Source: Fimbriosthenelais zetlandica (Eukaryota). Taken from it: DNA of 64,000 bases. This document shows positions 24,601-36,700 of this stretch, piece by piece. The DNA lies in NCBI GenBank assembly GCA_977030845.1, contig OZ365112.1:5270001-5334000 (forward strand), given 5' to 3'. Positions within the stretch are counted from its first letter, which is position 1; each line of letters begins with the position of its first letter. The position numbers were made by a program, and so were the translations under genes. Below the pieces are notes generated by a model. That model searched no databases. It saw only the letters and a list, made by a program, of their open reading frames with translations, and had not been told where the DNA came from.

Positions 24601-27342
24601 GATTGGGCAGGAAAGGTTGTGTTCAATGCCTCACACAAAACTTCCATCATCCTTCCCAGGGGACTTTCCATGCGCACTTAATTAGATTGATGGCGGAAAT
24701 CCCACCATGGTCGATATGCATATTTCAACATCTTTCACATCACCTGGGACTGTCAGATCGCACACTCCATCAGCCAAACCCTGGTGCCGGAGCCTGCAAC
24801 TAGATCAATTCTCAACTTTTTCCGTTTCTGAATATTTGATATCAAAATTAAACATGTGTTTGCTTTCAATTCGAGCCTGATGACAAAGTCATTCAATCCC
24901 CTGTTGATCAGACGAACAAATAGGACCTTATCACAACCATTGGTTGGGTATAATACATGTCATGAATAACCAAAAAAACAAAGAGGAAAATCCTCACCGA
25001 GATGCAACAAAAGTGCATCTGAGGCAGCCTCTCGGGCGCCATGATACTTCGTCAGTGCTTATAGATTACAGAATGTATCTGTTTTGCATCGGCTGTAATT
25101 CCATCGCTGCCATTCAACGTGTGTCTTTTCTCCATCCCACTAATACACAGTCTATTCGGGGCTTTGATGTAATTGCAGAAGCCTGCCATAACATAGAAGG
25201 CTTCACACAAGCAATAATGTAGAGGAAAAGGAAACCGAATCCTCCACACCCCTGCTCCATTCAAAGACACTGAGATGTTACCTTCATGGCAGAGTGGATT
25301 TCCTCTGGGTAGCTGTGTTAGGGGAAGCACGTGACCAGCCTGGCCAACAAGCATTCGTCTCAGACATAAACCGCCGCGACACAGCCTTCAAAGCCACTGG
25401 TGCCCAAACTAAGATACCATCTACTCACTCCAGAGAACCATATCTAAAACACTCATTGATGTTTACACAGTTCGTATTCAGGGCATGTGGTGCAGTAAAG
25501 AGACTACGGTGGAAGTTTCTGCTGCCACGTTTCATTGACGTATCCATTTCAACGCATCAAAATGGCCCCAGTTAGTCATGGCTTCATCCACTGATGGCGC
25601 TGCATGCCTTCCCTCCAACCATGGACTGGATGGAAGCAGACATGAAAGCAGATGCTTCACTATGTTCCTTAATAGGACGTGGGAGCTCAATGTATAGAAT
25701 TTGTTGGGGTCGAGTAGCCTGCCTTTAAATCCAGCCTATCTTTAGTCATAGCGTCTGTATCATTGTCGCTCGACGCCTCTCAGAGTACTTCAACATGAGA
25801 TCGCGACCCCCCACCAACCCAGGAACAAATCCAAGGCTTTGTGAGTGGGCCGGGAAGCCAGTGGGTGGTTGGAGTTATGCAAGATGGCTTGGTTACATTT
25901 TTATGTACATGAGAAGGGATGCTGGGTCTAAGGCGAGTTGGTCCTCCAGCACATCTGTCACTCCGAGCAGCTCTCCACCCACTTGCCTATGTGAATATCA
26001 ACAGTAGGGCAAATCAATGGACTTACAAATAAGTGTCACGTCACATAGACATGCCAAGAGGCGGGCCTCGTATCAATCATTTTACCACACACAACTATAC
26101 GCCCATAGATAAGCATGTAAACATCTGGAAACATATAATTAATATGCTCGTAGTGTAAAATACCAGAATTAATCATATGAAGGATATGATATTGCTGAAG
26201 TTTGCTGGATATTCCTCAAGTCTATTACACCTAAAAAGGCGAATATTGTTTTAACAGGCAAATTTTTTGGCAACAAAAAATATATTTCTGCGACAGAAAT
26301 CCATTTCTGAAGGTCGGGGGGCTATATGGGTGGGGTCCGACTTTGGTTAATTATGGCCCTTGGCAAGTCTTAGTTTGGGGGTGGATGTATGGAGAAGGGG
26401 TAGGTATAGGATCAGTGGAGAGTGAAGCTCGTGTAAGAATCGGAGCCTAATAGGAGCTGTCAGGCTGATGTATAATGAACGCCCGAGTCCAAATATGTCC
26501 TCAGTTAGTATGCGATACCAGAGACCTCCCTGTACACCACTACCCCCTACTCTCCTTCCATCCTACCCCATTCTCCTCCTCCCAGGCACACTTGCCCTTA
26601 TATAGTCTATGGGTTTCTCCAAAATGTGTCAAATTGCTAAAATTTAAAGCTATAAAATGTGTTTTTTATTTTGTCTGAAGTAGGGCAAAACTACTACTAT
26701 TCCGAGTTAGTACTTGAGAAATTGATTCTGTAGCTAAGAAAATCCCAGTGAAGGATAAAATGAATTGTCTTCAACGTCGACAAATTTCCATCTTGAAAAA
26801 AAATATCTTAAAAATGAGTGTCCCCTGTCTGGGTATGTTGTAGACTATTTATCTTTATAGCAGTTACTATAGTGGGTTTGTGTATGCCACACTGCCCATC
26901 TTTACACCTCTACAGCTGTATCCATAGGCCGTTCAACCCACTCGTGCCCACATCAAAGACATTACTGTATCGATTTCTCATCACCAGCTTAAGTACACAA
27001 ACCAATTTAAGAGTTTAAAATCTATTCTAGCCTGATAGAAACCCAGCTGGGCCAAGCTATGGATCCAAATTAAATGCAAACTGATATTCCCTGCTTGTGG
27101 TCGATTGAATTAAGACAAGCACCGTCGGTGTATATGCAAACAATGTAAAAAATATGATTCAATATCGAAGCAATGGTCCCTTGGCTGTGGCCGGGAGAAA
27201 GTAAAATACATTATCCCAATTAAGGCACACTTGGGGTATTTAATCATACCTTCTTTGTTGCTCAGTAATAGCATTAAGATAGTTGGGAAGAAGTGTACAG
27301 CTTGAGATCTTCTTTGCTAAGCTATATTCGGTAATTAAGAAC

Positions 27343-27600
27343 CGCGTGGGGAATAAGGTATCGGGAGGAGAGGGGTAAGCAGGGAAAGGGAGGAGAATGG
27401 GAGGCAGGAAACAAAACGGAAAGTGTTATGAGGCGAATGAAACCGGAAGTTGGGGCATGCAGGGAAAGGGAAGAGGGGCAGACAGATACAGGGAAGAGGG
27501 GCTGGTAGACAGAGGGGCAGACAGAGGGGGGGGGGGGGGGGCAGGAAGGACAGATAGAGAGAGGCTGAGAGGGAGTAGAGAAATAGTGGGTAGAGATAAG
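27343..27600 (+). repeat. Polypurine (GA-rich) low-complexity tract with a long G run
   Basis: Almost all G/A on the plus strand, with a G homopolymer near 27525-27541. Confidence 0.75.
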
Positions 27601-28289
27601 AACATGAATTAGTAAGGTGCAATCAGGTCCAAGATAAGACTGAACACTCCCTGCCTTAATGAAGCCAGCAGAGAGAACCCCTAATGAGGACCACCTCTGC
27701 ATACATATACATAGAAGCGAACAATAGGCATTAATAAAGGTGCAATGTTGGATAGAACATGGTGACTAGATAGACAAATGGTGCCTCCAATTGTTCTGGC
27801 ACTTGCTCCAACACTTCATTACGATCTAGATTTACCGCGGCAAGTCTGGCAGAAAAACACTGTATATTGCTATCTGTAGGCGCTGCCTCATTCATATTGT
27901 ATCAAATCGGTATATCCAGTATCGATGTAAATTGCTTCTATGATTTACCGCTAGGATCTGCAGCTTATTGCATGAATAAACATGTACAATATTGTAATGT
28001 AGCAATCTAGATGCACGGTATGTTATCTGATGTGCATTATACAACTGGGCTTCACATGACACTTGTACAGAAACTAAGCCTTATCTTCTATATATGGCGC
28101 GCGCAGATACATAAGGCAATGGGCATGAAAATGGCCAGGCTTTCAAAATACATTTGCCAGCTTATGCCATATGCTAACCAATTCTATCCAGTGTTTTGTT
28201 TTATGAATATTTCCCAGCCAAATAGAATGCAGCCATGCAATTTGCAGGAGAATCTATACATTAGTCAGTTAGCATCTTGAGATATTGTA

Positions 28290-28458
28290 GACAGGAAGGA
28301 GCATTAAGTGGGAGAGAGAAGGGAAGGACGAGGGGAGGGAGGGAAGGGGAGGGGAGGGAGATGTGATGGGGACGGATATTAACTGGAGAAGGGAGTGAGA
28401 GGGAGAGATAAAGGGGGAGATACGGTGAGAGAGTGCCTCTAAGAGGGAGAGAGAATGA
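28290..28458 (+). repeat. Polypurine (GA-rich) low-complexity tract
   Basis: gagagagaagggaaggacgaggggagggagggaagggg... visible directly. Confidence 0.7.
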
Positions 28459-29547
28459 TACAATGACTCATGGGTGATACATCATGCTCAATCAGTGTCT
28501 GAGACCGTCACCAGGGGAAGGTGACCTGTATAAGATGCATCATGGGAAGGACTGGTGATCACGCCACCTATATAATGTAGAGTAATGACAAAACTGCAAG
28601 AGCGGAAAATTTCAACGTGATCCAAAAAATAGGTCATGATTGAAAACCATATCAGAAATATCGCCGTCAGAAGAGAAAAACGGGGAACAAATCTACTCTT
28701 GTTAACTACTATATTTTTTAATTTAGATTTTGGGCCTTAAGAAAAAAAATGTCAATGTTCAATGTGGTCCGATACTTACGATATTGAATACACTTACCTT
28801 CTAACACCAAGACAAAATGATTAGGAAACTGCAATACATACCTGAAAGACAAAGAAAAACAAAATAAGTTTTCATGAAAAAGATATATTTTAGGTAAGAA
28901 TGATTCCCAATGGACACACTAGCAGCACTGTAGATATATCAAAATCAATGCCTAAAATGAATTATTTTGAAATAGGTCTGTAAGAGTTATAATTCGGAAA
29001 TGTTTATTATTGTCGTTCACCAAGACAAGATGTAGTAAGTTAGACGTGTTAAACTCATTATGGGAACGAGGAGAAAAATACTTGTGCTAATTTACTCGTG
29101 CTCCTGGATGTGGATGATTTTTGTTTGACATTTTCAGACCGATATGGGAACCAAGTAATGAATGGTTAATTGGATATTAAAATAATTGCTCTCCAGGGAG
29201 AATTTGATGACTATATCCTTTTAAGAAGGTCAAGCGTTGGCTTGTTGGCGCGACATTAATGAAGACAAATAACATCAAGCAATCTTTTTAGATCAATACG
29301 CCCTACACAAAGGAAAGTAGTACAGTTTTGGAGGAAAAGGTAATGGAATGGATTTCCCTTTTATAGTAGTAGAGTGCCAAGGTATTTTCCTTTCACTATC
29401 CCCGACCCCAGCTGCTCCAAACGATTCCCAAGGCACTTGCACGACTTGGGTTAGGTTACAGCGAATCAATCAGTGGTGAGGTAATGCATGGGAACTACAT
29501 CGCAGCGCGGAGGCAATTCCTGTTCCCCTCTCACATGCTTTATGTAA

Positions 29548-29758
29548 AGCCCGGACTCCACTGCTGCGATTTTGTTTGCGACACGTCTGCGACAAAGGTG
29601 ATGCTTGTGTTTCAATGATAAATTTACCATTGGAGGACGGCCTTAAGGCCTTGGACACTTGAACCACAATTTATAAATTTTATTCTTACATAACTTCACA
29701 AGCATCACCTTTGTCGCAGTAGTGTCGCGAGCAAAATCGCAGCAGTGGAGTCCCGGCT
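29548..29758. mobile_element. PIF/Harbinger-type MITE, copy 1 (211 bp)
   Basis: ~60-bp TIRs AGCC(C/G)GGACTCCACTGCTGCGATTTTG... at both ends, flanked by TAA on both sides (29545-29547, 29759-29761). TAA/TTA TSDs are characteristic of PIF/Harbinger. A second copy lies at 45169-45379. Confidence 0.9.
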
Positions 29759-30977
29759 TAAGGCACATGACGTGATTCAGCCATATTGCCACCTATGTCA
29801 ATAGTCTATTATAGAGATATAGACTTGCCGTCTTCATATTGTTAATTGCTTTTGTCACCATGGCGATGATGAACAGGTGGAATGAGATTTGTGAGTCTAC
29901 CTGTTGCGAGCCTACCAGGAGGAGGTTTGGTATCAGGTGACTGACATACATATCTACCTGTATAGGTGACACTCAGTGGGCGTCCCACCTGTGACCAGTC
30001 TCCCTTGGGATACATCCAATACCCAAGCCGCCACCTCCCATCCCGCTGTCAACCATTCCCAACACAACCCACTGACCTTCCCCCAGGCTCCACTAATTTG
30101 ACTAATCCCAAAGTCGCGCTGTCCTCTGTAATTAAAGCAGGAGTAAAAAATACCCAGAGGCTAATTGCTCTTCAACTTGGAGCTTTCCAGTAGGGGATAT
30201 TTTCGAATTTCCCCACTTTTTCCCCTTCTCCCCGGCTCTGAATCTGCCTGCACGGGGTCCCTGGCGATGCGTGAAAATCACACCGCTGAAATCACTGTGA
30301 TTTCCAGACGAGGGCCATGAAATTGAAACATAATCACACCAGGTCCCTCGGTATCTTCTGGGATATATTGCTCCTAATGAAGAGATGAAGGACTTAATTT
30401 CTTAAGGGACCCTTCCCTTGCTTTGTCTCTTTATTCCATCCAAGAATAAAGTCCCTCTGAGCATTTGTTACGTCTCCCCAGCTGCCTTATTCACATGCAG
30501 ACTGTATTCAGATCATTGGTGAATTATCCCGACGTCTCTCCCCCCCACTTTGTCCCTTCTGTAAATGCATCCACGCAAGCTTCCTTCCATTACAGAATGA
30601 GAGAACTTTCACTTAATGGAAAGCATCCATTTCACAGGCTTATATTTCATGTGGAGTTAATCACTATTGCATCCATCAGTGCCCAAACAAGGGATTATCA
30701 GAACAAAAGGGATACAAATTATAATCCACAAGTGACATTCATTTCTTCCATTAACTTAATCATACCCCTTAACTTGGTATGGGGTTACAATTAGCGCTAA
30801 CTTCTTTATGGTTCTATGGGAGATATTTATGGTTCCTTTATAACGAATGGATTCACCTGCCACTAGCAAATCCTCTACTTAGTTAAGACCTCTCCGTGGC
30901 ACCTGCTTCTTCATGGCTGTCTGTCATTAACACTGACCTTGCATTAATCTTAAATAATTCATATGGACCCATTAGGT

Positions 30978-31466
30978 TGTAATCACCTACATGTAAACAC
31001 ACTTCATAGTGCCTACTTTATAAATCATCCAATACATAGCCGTCATGTTCATTATTTGCGAGTTGATCCAGTTTAAAAATGTTGATAAGGCATGGAGTGA
31101 AAAACTTAAAGTGATAAGCAATGATCAAGTCCTTATCATTCTTCAACGTTCTCAAGTGAGGGAAATAAGGGTGAAAGAGGGACATGGAGGGAGAGACAGA
31201 GAAAGGGACAGACACTGAGAGTCGCTCACAGCCAAAGACAGACAACGAGGGAGTGGAGAGCGGGAGGTGAGAGCTAAAGAAAGAGACAGAGGCAGAGCTG
31301 CGAGCCGCTCCCATGAAGGGACAATTTTAACCCAACATGATATTTGCTCTAGACTTGGAGGTTTGTGAAGGATCAAGCAGGGAGCCATGCTATGCATTGT
31401 TAATGCCGAGGGAGAGAGGACATGGTCAGCTGTGGGGGTTAATGGTCGATGGAAGTGAACGTGACA
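30978..31466 (-). mobile_element. Candidate old LTR (TGTCAC...ATTACA on the minus strand) downstream of an env-like frame
   Basis: On the minus strand it starts TGTCACG after a weakly purine-rich run (aaaggccactaataggg), ends ...GTGATTACA and contains a CT-rich tract. No partner LTR was found in the window. Confidence 0.3.
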
Positions 31467-31493
31467 CCCTATTAGTGGCCTTTATACTGGACT

Positions 31494-33745
31494 TCAGGGG
31501 TCGTGATCTGCTCGGATCCGACTATAGTGGAATATTCCCGGCAATGTATGTATGACCCCTTTGCTCTCATACAATGGACTTATCAGGAAATATGCTATAA
31601 ATATTCCAGTGATGAACCCACTGAACACCAAAATAGACTGGTGTTGATCAAAATAGGCAGAGAATATTACTAAATCTTCTTCCGACAGGTATAAATCTTA
31701 TATTTAGATCTGAGGTGTAGAAATCGTCTTTCCATGATATTACAGTTACCATACTTCCTCTGTATTATGTCTTAAGGCTTAACCTAAGGCTGTAGAGGAT
31801 ATATAGCTTTGATAATATCAATGGTTGTTTAGAGTTTCAATTGATTGCTTGAGGAAGAATAATCTGATGTTAGGAGGGTATTGGTTGTCTGAGGAGTAGG
31901 AAGCGATCATTATTTATTTGGTTAGTAGTTGTGCTTTGGGAGGAGGCGGCAGCACCAGTTGGAGCCGGCTGTTCATCATGTTTAGTCCAATACTGATTTC
32001 TTGTAATGGTGATTCAAGGAAACTGAAATTACCCGGAGTGGATAATTGCAAATGGTCAGAGACATTGAAGTGAATTGTACCGATCAGTAAAGGGAAATGA
32101 AGACATTCAACTTGGATTGTATTGGTGTTAAGGGGTAAATTTAAACTTCACTCAGGACTGTCCGCACAAATTAATAGATCTGGTGATCAAAGTCAATTGA
32201 TGGAAATCCAAATCATATCTACAACAGCCCCATTATATTAACTACGCAAGGGGAAATTTAGCAAGTATATATACCAGCTACTGCTCTGGTATAATTAGTA
32301 TTAGCTTAGCTTATCTTTTGCGCCGAAAGACCCATTACTCCAGACTAAAAGTGTTACTTCAACAGGGTTGTGTAATTATACTTCTTTCATTTCAAGAGGC
32401 GAGGATCTTGGAAAGAAGCCATATATATGTGTGTTATGTACAGAAACTGACAGAAACTGATTTTCATAATATTCTAATTGTTACAAAACCTCTGTATTAT
32501 ATGAAAATCTGCCTTTGAAAGGACCAACTTAATTACTTGGAAATATCATACTGAGGACCTAGTCTCATATCCTAGTATCCGGCTCTCCAGTCTTGTCAGT
32601 AACAGAAATGTATACCATTATTTGCTCCAGGGTATACTTCCTGTACAAACACATTGCAAAAAAGCATTGCTTTTAGCCTGAATGTCTCACAAAAAATGAC
32701 TTCTTGATAGAATAGTACCATGAGGATAAGAGTAAAGGGTATAATATATACATGTATAGTCGCGACGTCTGAGTGGGGGCCAACCAACAGTCAGGAAATC
32801 AATATGTGTACATGGAACATTTTTTTCTTCCACTGTCTCTCTCCGCGGGTCCTTTATAAGACCATCAAACATTGGCGATCGTTTCCATTTCCTTCAGTAA
32901 CCAAGAACAAACAGACCATAAGGCTGCCTCGTCTCGCCTCATTATTTTATACCAACAATTGCCGAAATGGCCTCAAAGTTTTTTTTCCTGATATCTAACC
33001 AGGTAAAAAGTGTAAGTCAGTAAGCATTGCAGTCTGGAGGTGGTATAGATGTATATGTATTGTGCATACCCCATGGAATACTGAAGGGCGGAATGAATTC
33101 CAAGTCATTAAACCAGGATTGTGTTATGGATGAACAGAGCACAGACAGTCTTTCCTCCAAGGGATCGACCTCCCTCAAAGGACAGCAAAGAAAATTGTAT
33201 TAACCCCCTTGTCTTGTGATCATCCCACACATTCCATCATTACTGCTGTCAAAGTCGTCTGCTGAAGGAATAGAATTCCATCCTCCATAAACCTGTCCTA
33301 AATGTGTATTGTAGTTACTACAGGGAAGTGGAATAAATGACGATGTAATCATTGAAATGTCTAATGACAAATGAGATGAATTCCCAGTTAAAAATGTACA
33401 CAGAAGGCATAGTAAACTGTGTAAAAGCTTCTTAAAGCTTCTTAGATACAAATTAAGACGAGAACATAAAGGAAGTAATACGAATGCACATGTATATCCT
33501 TGACAAAGGACATGTGTATTGAGTTGAATACAAGCCTTGTATGCACAGGGGTACCAGCGTGAAGCTAGATACCCTGGTATAGACTGGCTATAGTGTAGCC
33601 AAGGAGGGAAGTAGTATATGTAAATGGCTGCTATAAACGGGCATATAAACCAGTTAAAGCTAGGGAGCCTGGGACAGCCGTATGTGACATAAAAGGTATG
33701 CTCCCCTTCCCTATTGCTCCACTGGGAATGGTAGGATGAACACAA
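31494..33745 (-). pseudogene. Decayed membrane-glycoprotein-like (possible env) frame
   Basis: The 181-aa Cys/Trp/Pro-rich ORF at 33200-33745 is followed by interrupted frames and ends in a 67-codon stretch (31494-31697) with a hydrophobic segment ILVFSGFITGIFIAYFLISPLY, just upstream of the candidate LTR. Confidence 0.25.
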
Positions 33746-36700
33746 CTACATCCGTATATGTTTTTCCCTTGTATAAGCGGCAATGCAGCTGCAGATTACA
33801 GTCTGGTAATTAGAATGGGGCTGTGTGGTCTTTTTTGTCTGGCTCATTCATGTAGTTTTTGTCTCCATATTCATATTGGATATCACGACAATGGTATGGG
33901 CTCTGGTACATAAAATTCTAAATTTAATGTATGTTAAAAATACATTGAAATTTATGCAAATTTAGGTAAAATATGAGTACCCAATGAAGGCAGTATAGGC
34001 TATAAAATGGCCAGTGATCGTATGTAAATGTACTTTGTAAGATCTATGTTTGTGGAAGGGCAATGATAAAATGAGGGGTTGTTAGTTTGCGCTTGGTTTC
34101 TTTTCCGCCCCATCCCAGGCACTATCGATAGCCATCACGATTGATTGGTTCAATAGCAGCACATGACAAATCACAGCTTCCCATCGGCTGCTAGAGCAGG
34201 CATGACTTTTTACAGGAGATGATAGCAAGTTTCATATTACAGGTCCTCCCGATAGCCCACCATAGGGGGAGGCACTTGCAGAGCAGTGTGAAATTGATTC
34301 AATATGTGATGATCATCATTTGGCAAACTGTAGTCAAAGTGGGGGTAGTGGGTGCTCCTATAGGGTGCTGCACGCCGGCCATTGGGGAGTCTGTACACCA
34401 TCTAAAAGCTTTAGTTCGGCTTTGTTCGAAAAAGTGATACAAATCAGTGATGGATTATGTAGAATGTGCCTCCGCCGAATGTCCCCACAGTAGATCCAGA
34501 TTAAAAACGACTGTAGATATACCTCCCCTGCTGCTGCAAGGCTAGATCATACAAACCTCCCAAAAGATTCATACCCTAAGCCTGCAGCACATATATAAGT
34601 CATGATTGAATCCTATGACAATATCCCTATATTATTCCACTGAATATCCTACCAGGACATCTTCTAAACATGTTCAAGCAAGCGATGGTTTTACCACTAC
34701 AGGCACGCCCTCATTCAAGCTGGGGTCGTAATATGATATATTGACAATAATTAGATTGCACACAAGAAACTGGCCCTGCTTCGTGAAGCGATGCAGATAG
34801 AAATGAGTCTGACAAGCGTGTTTGGATCTTTTATCCATTCGCCAGGCAAAGGGGCTGTCGGCGGTGCGGCCCAAGGCGGACCGTGGGAGAGAAAATCATT
34901 ATTAAAGCAATGGACTTCACCCTCACTCTCTAAATTGTATCACAAGCTGGCACAATAAAGACCCGCAATAAGGATTGGAATACATAATTCCAACTGCAAG
35001 ACATCAGCCATCAATATGCATTTTCCGATAGGGTTTTGTATTGAGCAATCACAAGTAATTACGACCGGTCGCAGAGAATCCAATTTTTTGTCCAATCGCT
35101 TGTGAAATGGAGGGCGGTTGGGATGCCTCCATGGTAGTGCTGTACTATAGAAGGCTGATAATGTATGAAGGGGGTGGATAGATTCCAGGCATCAGGGTAT
35201 CTCTATGTAGGGGGTGTGAAAGGTTCCTGTTGAGGCAATTCATCATTGGAGATGCTTGCTTGGGGGTATAGTACAAAGCGGGGGCCTAGCACCAAATGTC
35301 CCCAAGGCTAATGTTACAACAACTGAGGCTTATATTTCCTCCAGTATATTCCATACCAATTACATGTGTACTCCCTATTTGAGGTATAATGTATGTATCT
35401 CAATCCATTTATACCATGCAGCTGCTGCTTTAGCTAGTGCACCGATGACTTATCCAAGAACCAAGCTAGTTTAATGCACTTAATAAGAACCTTATGGGAT
35501 GTGACTCGGTAACAGTCTTCTAAGCATCACATAAACATTGACATCTCAATATGGATCAGATTTATGTAATTGCCCAAGCCATCAGGGGATCTATACTGAG
35601 TCCCATATGAGGACATAACTTGGAAGCACTTGGACTAGGCAGTTGAGTTATCTATAGGCTTTCTATGGTCCCCCTTTCATGGGAGCTGGCGCCAGATTTA
35701 TGCAGGGAAGGTCTGTAATTATTCATCCCCTCTTACCTAAGCGGGTTATGAGGGATGGGATAGATGCTTGCAGAGACTGTAGGATTGATAACCTTTCTAG
35801 CTTTGCCCCCTCTAGTCTTCCTCTAGAGTAGGGCCACCTCCTCAGTCTCTCGTACTCTGAAGCAAAGGTCACATGCCTGATATATGGGAAGCAGAAACTA
35901 GCCATTCCCTGCTTCCTTTCTTCCTATGTCTCAGCGTCAAGTCCAAGGGGTTTTGGAACCCCTAGAGGTCCAATTTAGACATATACCGCCCATATAATAA
36001 ACTGGTTTCTTTTAAAAAAGCAGAACAAGAAATCCCCTTGCGTGATAGGAAGACAAAGGACGACCCCTATAACAATTCATCTCCTGCTTTTATCCTGAAT
36101 CCAGAACTTCAGGCTCCAGAGTCTCAATAATATTATGCAATGAACACAAAGAAAAGTTAAAACCCTGGGAATCCACACATATTTTTTGGCAAGGTCATTT
36201 TAAATTAATGGAAATGCCCTCAAAAGAATGAACGTGCATCATGTGGGTTAAAATGATCATGGGTATTCTCATGCATGTAAACGACCCTCGATCCATAAGA
36301 TCGAACCAGGATCATGCCACGGACATGGCTTTTTTTGTTCTTTCCCCATCATTAAAGCAAATGCACATTTACGGCCTTCAAACATGCAACGTACTGCTCG
36401 GAAACAATAGGGCCTACCGAGGCTGCCTTCCCCCACATCGGATGTATACAAATCTTACGTGGCAACAGGCATAACCGTCAACCATCGTGGCATGGATTGT
36501 GCCTTTGAAGTAGCCGTCGTTCGTTCCCTGGCCCATTTTCAATGATGAAAGTCCCACATGGCATTTTCTGAGGGACAGACAGAGAGGGGGTGGCCTGCAC
36601 TCGATGGCGGTACCTCGTGTTCGCCATCAATAAGGGAGCATGCAATCTGCCTATCATCATTTGCTGCAGAATATACTCATACGGCAGCCAGCCGGTCTTG

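Noticed and set aside
24595-24612. YIDWAG motif reminiscent of IS21 transposases
   Set aside because: A single short motif in eukaryotic context, with no other IS21 features or IstB partner.
30288-30304. 17-bp palindrome GAAATCAC-T-GTGATTTC
   Set aside because: About one 8-bp-stem palindrome with a fixed spacer is expected by chance in 64 kb, and there is no supporting context.
34270-34490. Cys-rich frame with RVLHAGHWGVC, faintly SRCR-like
   Set aside because: Spacing and downstream cysteines do not fit the SRCR pattern, and no exon structure is evident.
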